DNA from: Candidatus Methylomirabilota bacterium
GTDB lineage: Bacteria > Methylomirabilota > Methylomirabilia > Rokubacteriales > DASRDR01
DNA: 64,000 nt
Assembly: GCA_036001225.1 (NCBI GenBank)
Contig: DASYUM010000339.1
Coordinates: forward strand, 2,808 to 66,807
Reading direction: 5' to 3'
This document shows positions 28,872 to 38,109 of the stretch, in pieces; positions within the stretch are counted from its first letter, which is position 1, and every line of letters begins with the position of its first letter. A program made the translations under genes and the position numbers. A model generated the notes under the pieces. It was not told the DNA's origin, made no database searches, and saw only the letters and a list, made by a program, of their open reading frames with translations.

Positions 28872-31162
28872 GGCGGCGGCCCGTCGCCACGCGCCGCCTG
28901 CAGGGCGCGCCAGACGCGCTCCGGGGTCAGCGGCAGCTCGGTGAGCCGGACGCCCACCGCGCGGGCGAGGGCGTTCCCGACCGCGGGGGCCACGCAGAAC
29001 GTCCCGCTCTCCCCCACGCCCTTCGCGCCGAAGGGGCCGGGTCCGTCGCCGTTCTCGACCAGCAGCGTGTCGAGCCGGTCCGGCAGGTCGGCGAAGGTCG
29101 GCAGGCGGTAGTCGATCAGCCCGGGATTCAGGAGCTGGCCCGCCTCCCCGACCCGGGCCTCGAACAGAGCGGGGCCGAGTCCCTGCATCGCCGCGCCCTC
29201 GTCCTGGGCCGCGCACTCGCGCGGGTTGATGGCCTGCCCCACGTCGGCGGCCGAGACGTACCTCCGCAGCCGCACCGCGCCGGTCTCTGCATCGACCTCG
29301 ACCTCGGCGGCGCCCATCCCGGTCTCCCAGAACACGGTGGCGCCGCCCAGCGTCCCCGACCACGTCGTGGGGACGAAACTGCCGACGCCGGTCACCTCGC
29401 CGCCGACGAAGCCGAAGTGGCCGCGGACGACCTCGGCCACCGTGAGTGAGTGCGCGCCATGGACGACGCGGCCGTCCCGGACGTCGAGGGCCGCGGGGTC
29501 GGCGCCGAGGCGGTCGGCCGCGAGGGCGCAGAGCTGGAGCCGGGCATCGCGGGCGGCCGCCTGGACGGCGAGCCCCATCACGGTCGTCGAGCGGCTGGCG
29601 CTGGTCCCGTGGTCGTACGGCGTGAGCGACGTATCGGGGAGGGCGACGACGACGCTCTCGAACGGAACCCCGAGCGTCTCGGCGGCGATCTGGGCGAGGA
29701 CGGTCTGGGCGCCCTGCCCCACCTCGACCGTGCCGGCCAGGAGGCTCACGCTCCCGTCGGCGTGGATCCGGACCACCGCGCTGGACACCGTGTGTGTCCC
29801 GCCGCCGTCCTTCATCGCGACCGCCAGGCCCCGGCCGCGGCCCGGCCCGAGCGCGGCGCCCCAGTCCACCGCCTGGGCCGTCCCCTGGAGACCCTCGGCG
29901 AGGTCGCCGTCCATCGGCGTGTCGCCCGCCACGTATTCCTCGCCGCGCTTGAGCAGGTTCTTGAGCCGGAAGGCCAGCGGGTCGAGGCCGAGCCGCTCGG
30001 CGAGCACGTCCATCTGCGACTCGGAGGCCCAGGTGACCTGGGGCACGCCGTAGCCCCGGTAGGCGCCGGCCGGGACGTTGTGGGTGTAGACGCAGCGCGC
30101 CTCGATCCGGAGCGCCGGGATGCGGTACGGTCCCGGCGCGCGGTACCCGGCCTTCGTCGCGACGCGGGGGCCGATGTCGGCGTAGGCGCCGGTGTCGAGG
30201 ACGGCGTCGCACTCGCGCGCCAGCAGCGTCCCGTCCCGCCGGACTGCGGTCCGGAGCCGGACCGTCACCGCGTGGCGGGTGACGGTGCGCGCGCTCTCCT
30301 CGAGCGAGAGCGCCAGGCGCACGGGCCGGCCGACTCGGGCGGCCAGCGCGGCGGCGATCGGCTCGATCTTGGTGTAGCACTTCCCGCCGAAGGCCCCGCC
30401 GACGAGGGGGACGACCACCTGGACCCGGGCGAGGGGGAGATCGAAGATCTCCGCCAGCTCCTTCCGGACCGCGAACGGGTGCTGGGTGCCGGTCCACACG
30501 GTGAGGCCGTCCTCGTCCAGCCGCGCCACCGCGCAGTGGGGCTCGAGGGCGTGGTGGGAGAGCGCGGGATAGCGGTAGACCTCGTCGACGACCAGGTCGG
30601 CCTCGGCGAATGCCCGGGCGCGGTCGCCCCGCGCGTACTCGAAGTGGTGGCAGACGTTGGTTCCCGGCACCGGCCGGAGCCCGGCGAGGTCGCGGAAGCG
30701 TCCGGCCCGCTCGCGCTGGGGATGGACCAGGGGCGCGCCGGACGCCAGCGCCAATTCGGCGCTCGTCGCGGCCGGCTGCTCCTCGTAGCGGACCTCGAGG
30801 AGGCCGACGGCCGCCTCCGCGTGGGCCTCGGTGTCGGCGACCGCGGCGACCACCGGCTCCCCCGCGAAGCGGACCTCCTCGTGGGCGAGGATCGGCTGGT
30901 CCCGGAAGGCCGGGCCGTAGTACAGGCGCGCGACGGGCAGGTCGGCGGCCGTGCAGACGGCCAGGACGCCGGGGGCGGACGCCGCGCGGGACGTCTCGAC
31001 GCCGAGGAGCCGGGCGTGAGGGACCGGGCTTCGCCACAGCTTGGCGTGGACGAGGCCCGGGAGCACGAGATCGCTGACGTAACGGGCCTCGCCGGTCACC
31101 TTCTCCCGGGCGTCGAGTCGGGGCACCGAGCGGCCGACGACGCTCAGGTGCTCAGCGGCCAT
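28868..31162 (-). CDS. Xanthine-dehydrogenase-family molybdopterin-binding large subunit (CoxL/XdhA-like), paralogue A
   Basis: 764 aa with motif GAYRGYGVPQ. Co-directional with the 2Fe-2S and FAD subunit genes. Confidence 0.85.
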   Translation of the reverse strand: MAAEHLSVVGRSVPRLDAREKVTGEARYVSDLVLPGLVHAKLWRSPVPHARLLGVETSRAASAPGVLAVCTAADLPVARLYYGPAFRDQPILAHEEVRFAGEPVVAAVADTEAHAEAAVGLLEVRYEEQPAATSAELALASGAPLVHPQRERAGRFRDLAGLRPVPGTNVCHHFEYARGDRARAFAEADLVVDEVYRYPALSHHALEPHCAVARLDEDGLTVWTGTQHPFAVRKELAEIFDLPLARVQVVVPLVGGAFGGKCYTKIEPIAAALAARVGRPVRLALSLEESARTVTRHAVTVRLRTAVRRDGTLLARECDAVLDTGAYADIGPRVATKAGYRAPGPYRIPALRIEARCVYTHNVPAGAYRGYGVPQVTWASESQMDVLAERLGLDPLAFRLKNLLKRGEEYVAGDTPMDGDLAEGLQGTAQAVDWGAALGPGRGRGLAVAMKDGGGTHTVSSAVVRIHADGSVSLLAGTVEVGQGAQTVLAQIAAETLGVPFESVVVALPDTSLTPYDHGTSASRSTTVMGLAVQAAARDARLQLCALAADRLGADPAALDVRDGRVVHGAHSLTVAEVVRGHFGFVGGEVTGVGSFVPTTWSGTLGGATVFWETGMGAAEVEVDAETGAVRLRRYVSAADVGQAINPRECAAQDEGAAMQGLGPALFEARVGEAGQLLNPGLIDYRLPTFADLPDRLDTLLVENGDGPGPFGAKGVGESGTFCVAPAVGNALARAVGVRLTELPLTPERVWRALQAARGDGPPP

Positions 31163-31646
31163 CGCCCGGCCCGGCGTGGCCCGGCTGCCGAGAAGCGGCC
31201 AGGATCGCCTCCAGGATGCGCTTGTAGCCGGTGCACCGACAGATGTTGCCGCGCATGTAGCGCTTGACCTGGTCGGCCGTCGGCGTCGGGTTCTCCTCGA
31301 GCAACGCCACGGTGGCCATGATCATCCCCGGCGTGCAGAAGCCGCACTGGAGGGCGCCGTGCTCGACGAAGGCCGCCTGCACCGGGTGGAGATCGTCCCC
31401 GCGGGCGAGGCCCTCGATGGTGCGGACGTGCGTGCCCCGGGCTTCGAAGGCGAGGACGGTGCAGGCGCTCACCGGCCGGTCGTCGAGGAGCACGGTGCAG
31501 GCCCCGCAGACCTGGACCTCGCACGACTTCTTCACGCCGAGGAGGCCCAGGCGGTCGCGGAGGCATTCGATCAGGGTCTCCCACGGCGGGACGGTCAGCT
31601 GGTGCCGCTCGCCGTTGACCGTCACCGTCATCGGCACTTCTTTCAT
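31152..31646 (-). CDS. (2Fe-2S)-binding small subunit of the Mo hydroxylase (CoxS-like)
   Basis: MKEVPMTVTVNGERH…CEVQVCGACTV…CGFCTPGM…CRCTGY, with two [2Fe-2S] Cys clusters. The real start is ATG 31644-31646. Confidence 0.85.
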   Translation of the reverse strand: MKEVPMTVTVNGERHQLTVPPWETLIECLRDRLGLLGVKKSCEVQVCGACTVLLDDRPVSACTVLAFEARGTHVRTIEGLARGDDLHPVQAAFVEHGALQCGFCTPGMIMATVALLEENPTPTADQVKRYMRGNICRCTGYKRILEAILAASRQPGHAGPGDGR

Positions 31647-31753
31647 CGGGTCCACCCCCGACCCCTCCCCACCCACCGGGGGGAGGGGTGAGTCGCGACC
31701 GGCCCTCGGCCGGCACTCACGGACCAACCCTCCCCGCTGCCACCTCCGGCACC

Positions 31754-32635
31754 TCAGAGGACTGGACTGCCGTCCCGCAGCGAGGCGAGGGCCTGGGCGA
31801 AGGCCCGCTTGAGCAGGACCCCGACCAGGTGGGCCTTGAAGTCGGCCGAGCCGTGGAGGTCGGTGACCGCATCCGCCGCCTGCCCGGCCCGCCGTCCGGC
31901 CTCGGCGAGCGCCGCCACGCTCTCGTCGATCGCCCGGTCCCGCAGCATCGCCTCGGCCTCGGGCATCCGGCACGGTACGGGGCCGACGCACCCGACCGCG
32001 ACCCGGGCGTCGGCGACCCGCCCGTCGTCGAGCGTGAGCGCGACCGCCACCCCGACCGAGGGGCGCTCGAGGTACCCGAACTTGAGATAGGCCGCCGCCG
32101 ACCGGGGCGGAAGCGGGGGGACCGCGATCTCGGTCAGCACCTCGTCGCCCTCCAGGCACGTCTCGTACGGACCCCGGAAGAGCGCGGTGAGCGGGACCGT
32201 CCGCTCGCCGCCCGCGCGCTCGAGCCGTGCCGTCGCGGCGAAGACCTGGAGGAGCGGCCCCGGATCGGCGTGAGGCTCGGCGAAGCAGAGGTTGCCGCCG
32301 AGCGTCCCCACCGCGCGGACACGGACGTTGGCGACGTCGGCCTCCAGGCGGGCGAGAGCCGGGAAGTGCTCGCGGACCAGCGGCTCCCGCTCGAGGGCGC
32401 GGTGGGTGGCGGCGGCGCCGATCCGGAGGGTGCCGTCGGCGTCGCGGCGAAGGCCGGCCAGCCCGGGAACCGTCTTGAGGTTCACCAGGTAGTCGTAGTG
32501 GACCAGGCCCTCCTTCATCGCCAGCAGCAGCTCGGTCCCCCCCGCGTAGAGCCGGGCCGCGTCCCCGTGCTGGGCCAGGAGGCCAGAGGCCTCGGCGACG
32601 GAGGTCGGCTCGCAGAGCTCGAACGGCCTCAGCAC
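31754..32635 (-). CDS. FAD-binding medium subunit of the Mo hydroxylase (CoxM/XdhB-like)
   Basis: 293 aa with an FAD-binding PCMH-type domain (YAGGTELLLAMKEGL…). Confidence 0.85.
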   Translation of the reverse strand: MLRPFELCEPTSVAEASGLLAQHGDAARLYAGGTELLLAMKEGLVHYDYLVNLKTVPGLAGLRRDADGTLRIGAAATHRALEREPLVREHFPALARLEADVANVRVRAVGTLGGNLCFAEPHADPGPLLQVFAATARLERAGGERTVPLTALFRGPYETCLEGDEVLTEIAVPPLPPRSAAAYLKFGYLERPSVGVAVALTLDDGRVADARVAVGCVGPVPCRMPEAEAMLRDRAIDESVAALAEAGRRAGQAADAVTDLHGSADFKAHLVGVLLKRAFAQALASLRDGSPVL

Positions 32636-32639
32636 GCGC

Positions 32640-33092
32640 TCACCCCGGGGTCTCCAGCTGCGCGCGCAAGGCCGCCGCGAACCGGTCCACGATCTCGGCG
32701 CCCTTGCGCACGATGACGCCGTGGCCGAGCGTGCCCAGCTTCCCCAGGACCGTGATCTCGGCCGTCAGCCGGAGCGCCGTCCCGCCGTCGGTGGGCGCCA
32801 GCACGACGTCGAGGTCCACCTTCACCAGCCCGTCGACGGCCGCGTCGCGCCCGCCGGCGCGGGCGCGGAGCCGCGCCGGCGGCTCGACCTCGACGACCTC
32901 GATGTCCAGGGGGAACTGGACCTTGAACGGCCCGACCTTCTCGGCGACCACGGCGGCGTAGCGCTTGCCCGCCTCGACCGTCCGCACCTCCCGGGCCCCC
33001 GGGACGCAGGCGGCCAGCCGCGGGATGTCCCAGAGAAAGCCCCAGACGGTCTCCCGCGACGCCCCGATCCGGATCTCGCGCTCGACTCTCAC
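32640..33092 (-). CDS. coxG: CoxG-family SRPBCC protein
   Basis: ~150 aa (VEREIRIGASRETVWGFLWDIPRLAACVPGA…). GTG start at 33090-33092. The upstream part of the 408-aa ORF in the track is junk. Confidence 0.65.
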   Translation of the reverse strand: MRVEREIRIGASRETVWGFLWDIPRLAACVPGAREVRTVEAGKRYAAVVAEKVGPFKVQFPLDIEVVEVEPPARLRARAGGRDAAVDGLVKVDLDVVLAPTDGGTALRLTAEITVLGKLGTLGHGVIVRKGAEIVDRFAAALRAQLETPG

Positions 33093-34636
33093 GGGGCTCG
33101 CGACACCTCGGAGGCCTCCAGCACCGGAACCGGCCGGAAGACGAGCGACTTGATCACCACCGGGACGATGCCCGAGACGGGCAGCGGATCCCCGACGTCG
33201 ATGTAGTCGAAGGCGGCGAGGTCCAGCTCGTCCACCGCCACTAGGCTCGGCCCCGCCCCCAGCTCCTCGACCAGGAGCCGCCCCACCAGCCGCGCGATGT
33301 CGCGGTCGAAGGCCAGCACCACCGGAGCGTCGCGGCGCCCGATGGCGGCCAGGATCCCTTCCCCGAGCGCCCGCAGTTCCTCGTAGCTCGAGCCGAACTC
33401 CCACCGGATGGCGAGCGCGAGGGGTCCGGCCAGGAGCTCGGGATCGTGGCCCGCCATCGCCGTCTGGACCGCGCGCGCGACGCCGGTCGCCGTCAGCGGA
33501 TCGGCCAGGCGCACGGGGAAGACCGGCAGATTCCGCAGGACGAGGCCCGGCCGCGGGTGGAAGATCGTGCTGCCGCTCACCTGCACCGTGTACTGGGCCG
33601 CCCCGATGACGGTCGCCCGGATGCCCTCGTCCGCCTCGACGAGGCGCGGGCCCAGCGGGTGCCCGGTGAGCCGCCGCCGCACGGCCTCGCCCAGCATCCG
33701 GCCGAGGTCGCCGAAGCCTCCGGGCTCCCGGCCGTAGACGTACTCGGCGACGCCGCCGGAGAACATGAGGGCCGTGACGGGCTCGGCCCGGGCCAGGGGC
33801 GCGGTGTGCATGAGACGGCGGCTCAGCGGCGAGAGCGGACGGCGGTCGATCACCTCGAAGAGGCACTCGACCATTCGCGCCACGAGGTCGCCGAGGAGCG
33901 CGGCCCGGGCCGGCTCGTCGATGGGGTCGCCGAGGGCGAGCCGGCCGCCCGCCGTCTCGGCCAGCTCGGCGCCGGCCTCCTCCAGCCGGCTGACGCGCCC
34001 ATCCTCCCAGGCGACGAGCCGCCCGCCGACGTTGATGACGGCCGTGTCCACGACTTCGCCGTCCCGGCAGAGCGCCAGCTTGCTCGTCCCGCCGCCGACG
34101 TCCACGTTGAGCACGGCTCCGCCCTGCCGCGAGCGGGCCACGGCGCCGGAGCCGTGCGCGGCCATGATCGCCTCCAGGCGGGGGCCGGCGGTGGCGCAGA
34201 CGAACCGCCCGCCGTCGCGCGCGAAGAGCCCGAGGATCGCCTCCGCGTTCGTCTTCTTGGCCGCCTCCCCGGTGACGATGACCGCCCCGGTGTCGATCGC
34301 CTCTCGGGAGAGGCCGGCTCGCCGATAGGCGTCGTCGACGAATCCGGCCAGCCGCTCGGCGTCGATGGTGACCGGGTCCCGATACGGCGTCAGCAGGATC
34401 GGCGACTGGTGGACGACGTCGCGTTCGACCACGCGGTACCGACTGGACAGGCTCAGCCCGAGGCGGCGGAGGACCAGGCGGGAGAAGGTCAGGTGCGAGG
34501 TCGAGGAGCCGATGTCGATGCCGACGCTGCGCAGCTCGATCCGCTCGGCCGCCCAGACCGGGTCGGCCTCGTCGGGCAGGCCGACCGGATCGCCCTCGTG
34601 GGCGTCGTGCTCGTGGGAGTGGGGAAAGTCGTGCAT
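33089..34636 (-). CDS. EutA-like ASKHA-superfamily protein (homologue of the ethanolamine ammonia-lyase reactivase)
   Basis: Start MHDFPHSHEHDAHEG at ATG 34634-34636, overlapping the bicupin stop (ATGA). Collinear with EutA: SVGIDIGSSTSHL, AIDTGAVIVTGEAAKK, VLNVDVGGGTSK, VINVGGRL, MFSGGVAEYVY, ATVIGAAQYTVQVSGSTIF, VVIKSLVF. Confidence 0.7.
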   Translation of the reverse strand: MHDFPHSHEHDAHEGDPVGLPDEADPVWAAERIELRSVGIDIGSSTSHLTFSRLVLRRLGLSLSSRYRVVERDVVHQSPILLTPYRDPVTIDAERLAGFVDDAYRRAGLSREAIDTGAVIVTGEAAKKTNAEAILGLFARDGGRFVCATAGPRLEAIMAAHGSGAVARSRQGGAVLNVDVGGGTSKLALCRDGEVVDTAVINVGGRLVAWEDGRVSRLEEAGAELAETAGGRLALGDPIDEPARAALLGDLVARMVECLFEVIDRRPLSPLSRRLMHTAPLARAEPVTALMFSGGVAEYVYGREPGGFGDLGRMLGEAVRRRLTGHPLGPRLVEADEGIRATVIGAAQYTVQVSGSTIFHPRPGLVLRNLPVFPVRLADPLTATGVARAVQTAMAGHDPELLAGPLALAIRWEFGSSYEELRALGEGILAAIGRRDAPVVLAFDRDIARLVGRLLVEELGAGPSLVAVDELDLAAFDYIDVGDPLPVSGIVPVVIKSLVFRPVPVLEASEVSRAP

Positions 34637-35700
34637 CAGTGGCGCACGACCGCGGGCATGCGGCTCGAGACCCCCTCCTGGGCCAGCTCGGTCTCGAACA
34701 GCGCGCGCACCGCCGGAACCTCGTCCTCGTACTCGATCTGGTTCCCGCCGGTGGCCCGGTCCTCCGAGAGCCGATCGTGCTTGTCGTCGAGCTTGTGCTT
34801 CACGCTCCCCCAGCGGATCGCCAGGTAGCGCGCCGGGGTGGGGCCGGCGTTGAAGTGCTGGTGCCACCAGTAGTCGGGCGGAACGAACACGCTCCCCTCG
34901 TGCCAGTCGACCTTGGTCCATGGCTGGCCGTCCGGCCAGAGCAGCGAGTACCCCCGGCCGCCCAGGATGATCACGTTGGCACCGGGCCCGTGCCGGTGCG
35001 CCTTCTTGTACGTTCCCACCGGAAACTCCGAGATGTGGGCGATCAGGGTGTTGTTGGCCAGCTCGAACATGATGTTGCTGCCGCCCGCGCCGCGCTCCTT
35101 CCACTCGAGGAGCTGGAACGCCTTCACGTCGGGAATGAAGTTGGCTTCCCAGATCCGGCTGGCCAGGAACGTCCCTTTCCCGCTGAAGGCGTCGGCCTCC
35201 GCGGTGAACCGGTCGCGGAAGACGGAGGGGTTGTCGAAGACGAAGTCGTGGTTGTGGAAGAGATTCATGACCAGGGGCGCGCTGGTGACGGCGTAATAGC
35301 GGGCCGGCTGGGTTCCCGACGCGTTGAAGTGCTGGTGGAAGGCGTTGAGGGGGATCGCGAAGAGGCTGCCCGCCTGCCACTCGAAGGTGATCTTGAGGCT
35401 GCCCTCGATCCAGACCGCCGTCGAGCCGCGGCCGGCGAGGACGTAGATCACCTCCTCGTAGAGGTGGCGCTGGGGCGCCAGCTTCCCCCCCGGCGCGATC
35501 TCGCACACGTAGGCGCCGTTGGTCCCCCCCGTCCCTTCCATGTCGATGAAGACGCCCCGGCCGCCCTTGCGGGCCCAGGGGGCCAGATCCACCATCCGCA
35601 GGTCCTCGACGTAGAAGCCGCGGATGACGGGGAGCCCCTCGGACTGCTGCCATTGCTCGTAGGTGCTGCGCATGGTGACGGGGCTGTTGGAGATCGGCAT
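34636..35700 (-). CDS. Bicupin protein (gentisate 1,2-dioxygenase-like double cupin)
   Basis: ATG 35698-35700 with an AGGGGGA RBS. Two internally duplicated cupin halves each carry HQHFN…PARY. HRHGPGANVII is also present. Confidence 0.7.
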   Translation of the reverse strand: MPISNSPVTMRSTYEQWQQSEGLPVIRGFYVEDLRMVDLAPWARKGGRGVFIDMEGTGGTNGAYVCEIAPGGKLAPQRHLYEEVIYVLAGRGSTAVWIEGSLKITFEWQAGSLFAIPLNAFHQHFNASGTQPARYYAVTSAPLVMNLFHNHDFVFDNPSVFRDRFTAEADAFSGKGTFLASRIWEANFIPDVKAFQLLEWKERGAGGSNIMFELANNTLIAHISEFPVGTYKKAHRHGPGANVIILGGRGYSLLWPDGQPWTKVDWHEGSVFVPPDYWWHQHFNAGPTPARYLAIRWGSVKHKLDDKHDRLSEDRATGGNQIEYEDEVPAVRALFETELAQEGVSSRMPAVVRH

Positions 35701-35778
35701 GACGTTCCCCCTGGTTGCCTGCCGTGGCCAGCGTCCCATGATAGACTGGCCGCCCCGAGAGCGACAAGGGAGCCGACC

Positions 35779-36753
35779 ATGGCCCGACTCGAGCTGACCC
35801 TCGCCTGCGGCGACTACGATCGGACGCTCGCGCTCAAGACCGGCGCCGTCCGGGCCGAGGGCGTCGCGCTGAACGTCTTGACCCTGGGCCCGGAAGAGAC
35901 CTTCTACCGCATGGCGCGCTTCCGGGAGTTCGACGTGTCCGAGTTCTCGCTGTCCACCTACACGATCCTGCGCGGCCGCGGAGAGCCGCTGGTCGCCATC
36001 CCGGTCTTCCCGTCCTTCATGTTCCGCCACTCGGCGATCTTCGTGCGGGACGACGCCGGCATCCGGGAGCCGCGGGACCTGGTGGGCAAGCGGGTCGGCG
36101 TGCCGAAATACCACATGACCGCCGCGGTGTGGGTGCGCGGCATCCTCGAGGACGAGTACGGGGTGGCGCCCAAGGATCTCCTCTGGTTCGAGGGCGGCGA
36201 GGGCGCGAAGGTGAAGGAGGTGGACGTGACGCTGCCCCCGGAGGTCCGGCGGGAGTCGGCCCCCGGTGACCGGCCGCTCGGCGACCTGGTGGCGGCGGGC
36301 GAGCTGGACGCATTCATCGGCGCCCGGCGCCCCGCCGCCTTCGGCACCGGCGCCGGCCGCGTGCGCCGGCTCTTCCCCGACTTCCGACGCGTCGAGCGCG
36401 CCTACTACGAGAAGACCGGCATCTTCCCGATCATGCACACCGTCGTGGTGCGGGAGGAGCTGGCCCGCCAGCACCCGTGGCTCCCCCGCAGCCTCTACGA
36501 CGCGTTCGGCGAGGCCAAGCGCCTGGCCTACCAGCGCCTGGACTTCACCGCCGCGCTGCCGTCGGCCCTGCCCTGGCTGATGGCCGAGGTCGAGGAGACG
36601 CGGGCCCTCATGGGCGACGACCCGTTCCCCTACGGGGTCGCCCGCAACCGGAAGACGCTGGAGACGCTCGCCGGCTACATCGACCGCCAGGGCCTCGCCC
36701 CCCGCCGGCTGTCGGTGGACGAGATGTTCTGGCCGTCCACGCTCGCGACGTAG
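35779..36753 (+). CDS. 4,5-dihydroxyphthalate decarboxylase-like protein (NMT1/THI5-like periplasmic-binding fold)
   Basis: N-terminus [34 protein letters not shown] matches the family start. AAGGGAG RBS. Transcribed divergently from the bicupin gene. Confidence 0.6.
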   Translation: MARLELTLACGDYDRTLALKTGAVRAEGVALNVLTLGPEETFYRMARFREFDVSEFSLSTYTILRGRGEPLVAIPVFPSFMFRHSAIFVRDDAGIREPRDLVGKRVGVPKYHMTAAVWVRGILEDEYGVAPKDLLWFEGGEGAKVKEVDVTLPPEVRRESAPGDRPLGDLVAAGELDAFIGARRPAAFGTGAGRVRRLFPDFRRVERAYYEKTGIFPIMHTVVVREELARQHPWLPRSLYDAFGEAKRLAYQRLDFTAALPSALPWLMAEVEETRALMGDDPFPYGVARNRKTLETLAGYIDRQGLAPRRLSVDEMFWPSTLAT

Positions 36754-36759
36754 CGAATC

Positions 36760-37617
36760 GTGGACCAGCGGATCATCCAGCTCTACGACGACTTCACCCA
36801 CGGCCATCTCGACCGCCGGCTGTTCCTCGAGCGGCTGGCGAAGCTGGTCGGGTCGACGGCGGCGGCGCTCGTGCTGCTGCCGCAGCTCGAATCCGACTAC
36901 GCCGGCGCCCAGACCGTTCCCGAGACGGACGCCCGGATCGGGACGGAGGAGGTGACCTACCCCGGGTCCACGGGAACGGTGACGGGCTACCTCGCCCGCC
37001 CGGCCGGGGCGGCGAAGGCGCCCGGGGTCATCGTCATCCACGAGAACCGCGGGGTCCAGCCGCACATCCGGGACGTGGCCCGGCGCGCGGCTCTGGCCGG
37101 CTACGTCACGCTCGCGCCCGATCTGATGTCGGCCGTCGGCGGCACGCCGGCGAGCGAGGACGAGGCGCGGACCAGGTTCGCGCGGGTCGAGCTGCCGGTG
37201 GCGCTCGCCGACGCACTCAAGTCGATCGAGTACCTCCGCGCGCGCCCCGATGCGACCGGAAAGGTCGGCGTCGTCGGCTTCTGCTGGGGCGGCAGCCTGG
37301 TCGGCGAGATCGCGGCCGCCGGCGCCGACGTCCAGGCGGGCGTGGTCTTCTACGGAATCGCGCCGCCGCTCGACAAGGTGTCAGCCATCAAGGCGCCGCT
37401 CCTCCTCCATTACGCCGGACTCGACGACCGAGTGAACGCCACCGTGCCGCCCTTCGAGGACGCCCTGAAGAAGGCGGGGAAGACGTACACCCTTCACGTG
37501 TACGAGGGCACCAAGCACGCCTTCCACAACGACACGGCCGGCGCCCGCTACGATCCGGCGGCGGCCACCCTCGCCTGGTCGCGGACCCTCGAGTTCTTCG
37601 CCCGGACGCTGCGGTAG
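36760..37617 (+). CDS. Dienelactone hydrolase family protein
   Basis: Family-typical N-terminus [21 protein letters not shown] core motifs VVGFCWGG and HAFHND. GTG start. Confidence 0.8.
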   Translation: MDQRIIQLYDDFTHGHLDRRLFLERLAKLVGSTAAALVLLPQLESDYAGAQTVPETDARIGTEEVTYPGSTGTVTGYLARPAGAAKAPGVIVIHENRGVQPHIRDVARRAALAGYVTLAPDLMSAVGGTPASEDEARTRFARVELPVALADALKSIEYLRARPDATGKVGVVGFCWGGSLVGEIAAAGADVQAGVVFYGIAPPLDKVSAIKAPLLLHYAGLDDRVNATVPPFEDALKKAGKTYTLHVYEGTKHAFHNDTAGARYDPAAATLAWSRTLEFFARTLR

Positions 37618-37762
37618 CGCCGGGCCCGTACCGGGACACCGTCCAGGAACCGGTCTTCGCCGCGAGCCAGGGTGACCGCCGCTCACCGAGAAGGCGTTCG
37701 CCGGAGTCAAGAGGTGTGTCAATGAGCTTCAAGCAGCGGCCAGCTTCGGCTCGGTTTCAGGG

Positions 37763-38097
37763 CTACCGCGGCCAATACATGATCACGCCAACGCCTGCGA
37801 GGCAGATCGCACCTCCCAGGACGTCGTACCGATCGGGGGCTACGTCATCGATTCCCCAGCCCCAGAAGATCGACAGTACGACGAACCACCCCCGTAGGCG
37901 GCGTAGACCCGCCCGAAGCGCGCGGGCTGGTACGTCGGGACGATGCCGTACAGGATCAGCGTCGCCGCCCCGACAAGACCGATCCTCCAGTGAGCCCCGT
38001 TCCGCCACCACTGCCAAACGAGGTAGCCACCACCGATCTCGCAGAGGCCCGCGAGCACGAAGAGCGCGACCGACCGGCTGATCTGAGCCACGCGCAC
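37763..38097 (-). pseudogene. ynfA: YnfA (UPF0060) small membrane protein gene with a frameshift in a 5-nt G/C homopolymer (37889-37893). A sequencing error is possible
   Basis: Frame 1 reads …[14 protein letters not shown]…[10 protein letters not shown]. Frame 2 reads …[12 protein letters not shown]…MYWPR. Inserting one G restores a full-length YnfA alignment. Confidence 0.6.
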
Positions 38098-38109
38098 CTC
38101 CGGCTGGGC

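Noticed and set aside
26601-31162. Annotating the Mo-enzyme cluster as aerobic carbon-monoxide dehydrogenase (coxMSL) because coxG and the S/M/L subunit order are present
   Set aside because: The large-subunit active-site loop reads AYRG(Y/F)G in all three paralogues, not the CODH form-I signature VAYRCSFR. The genes are therefore called generic xanthine-dehydrogenase-family hydroxylases of unknown substrate.
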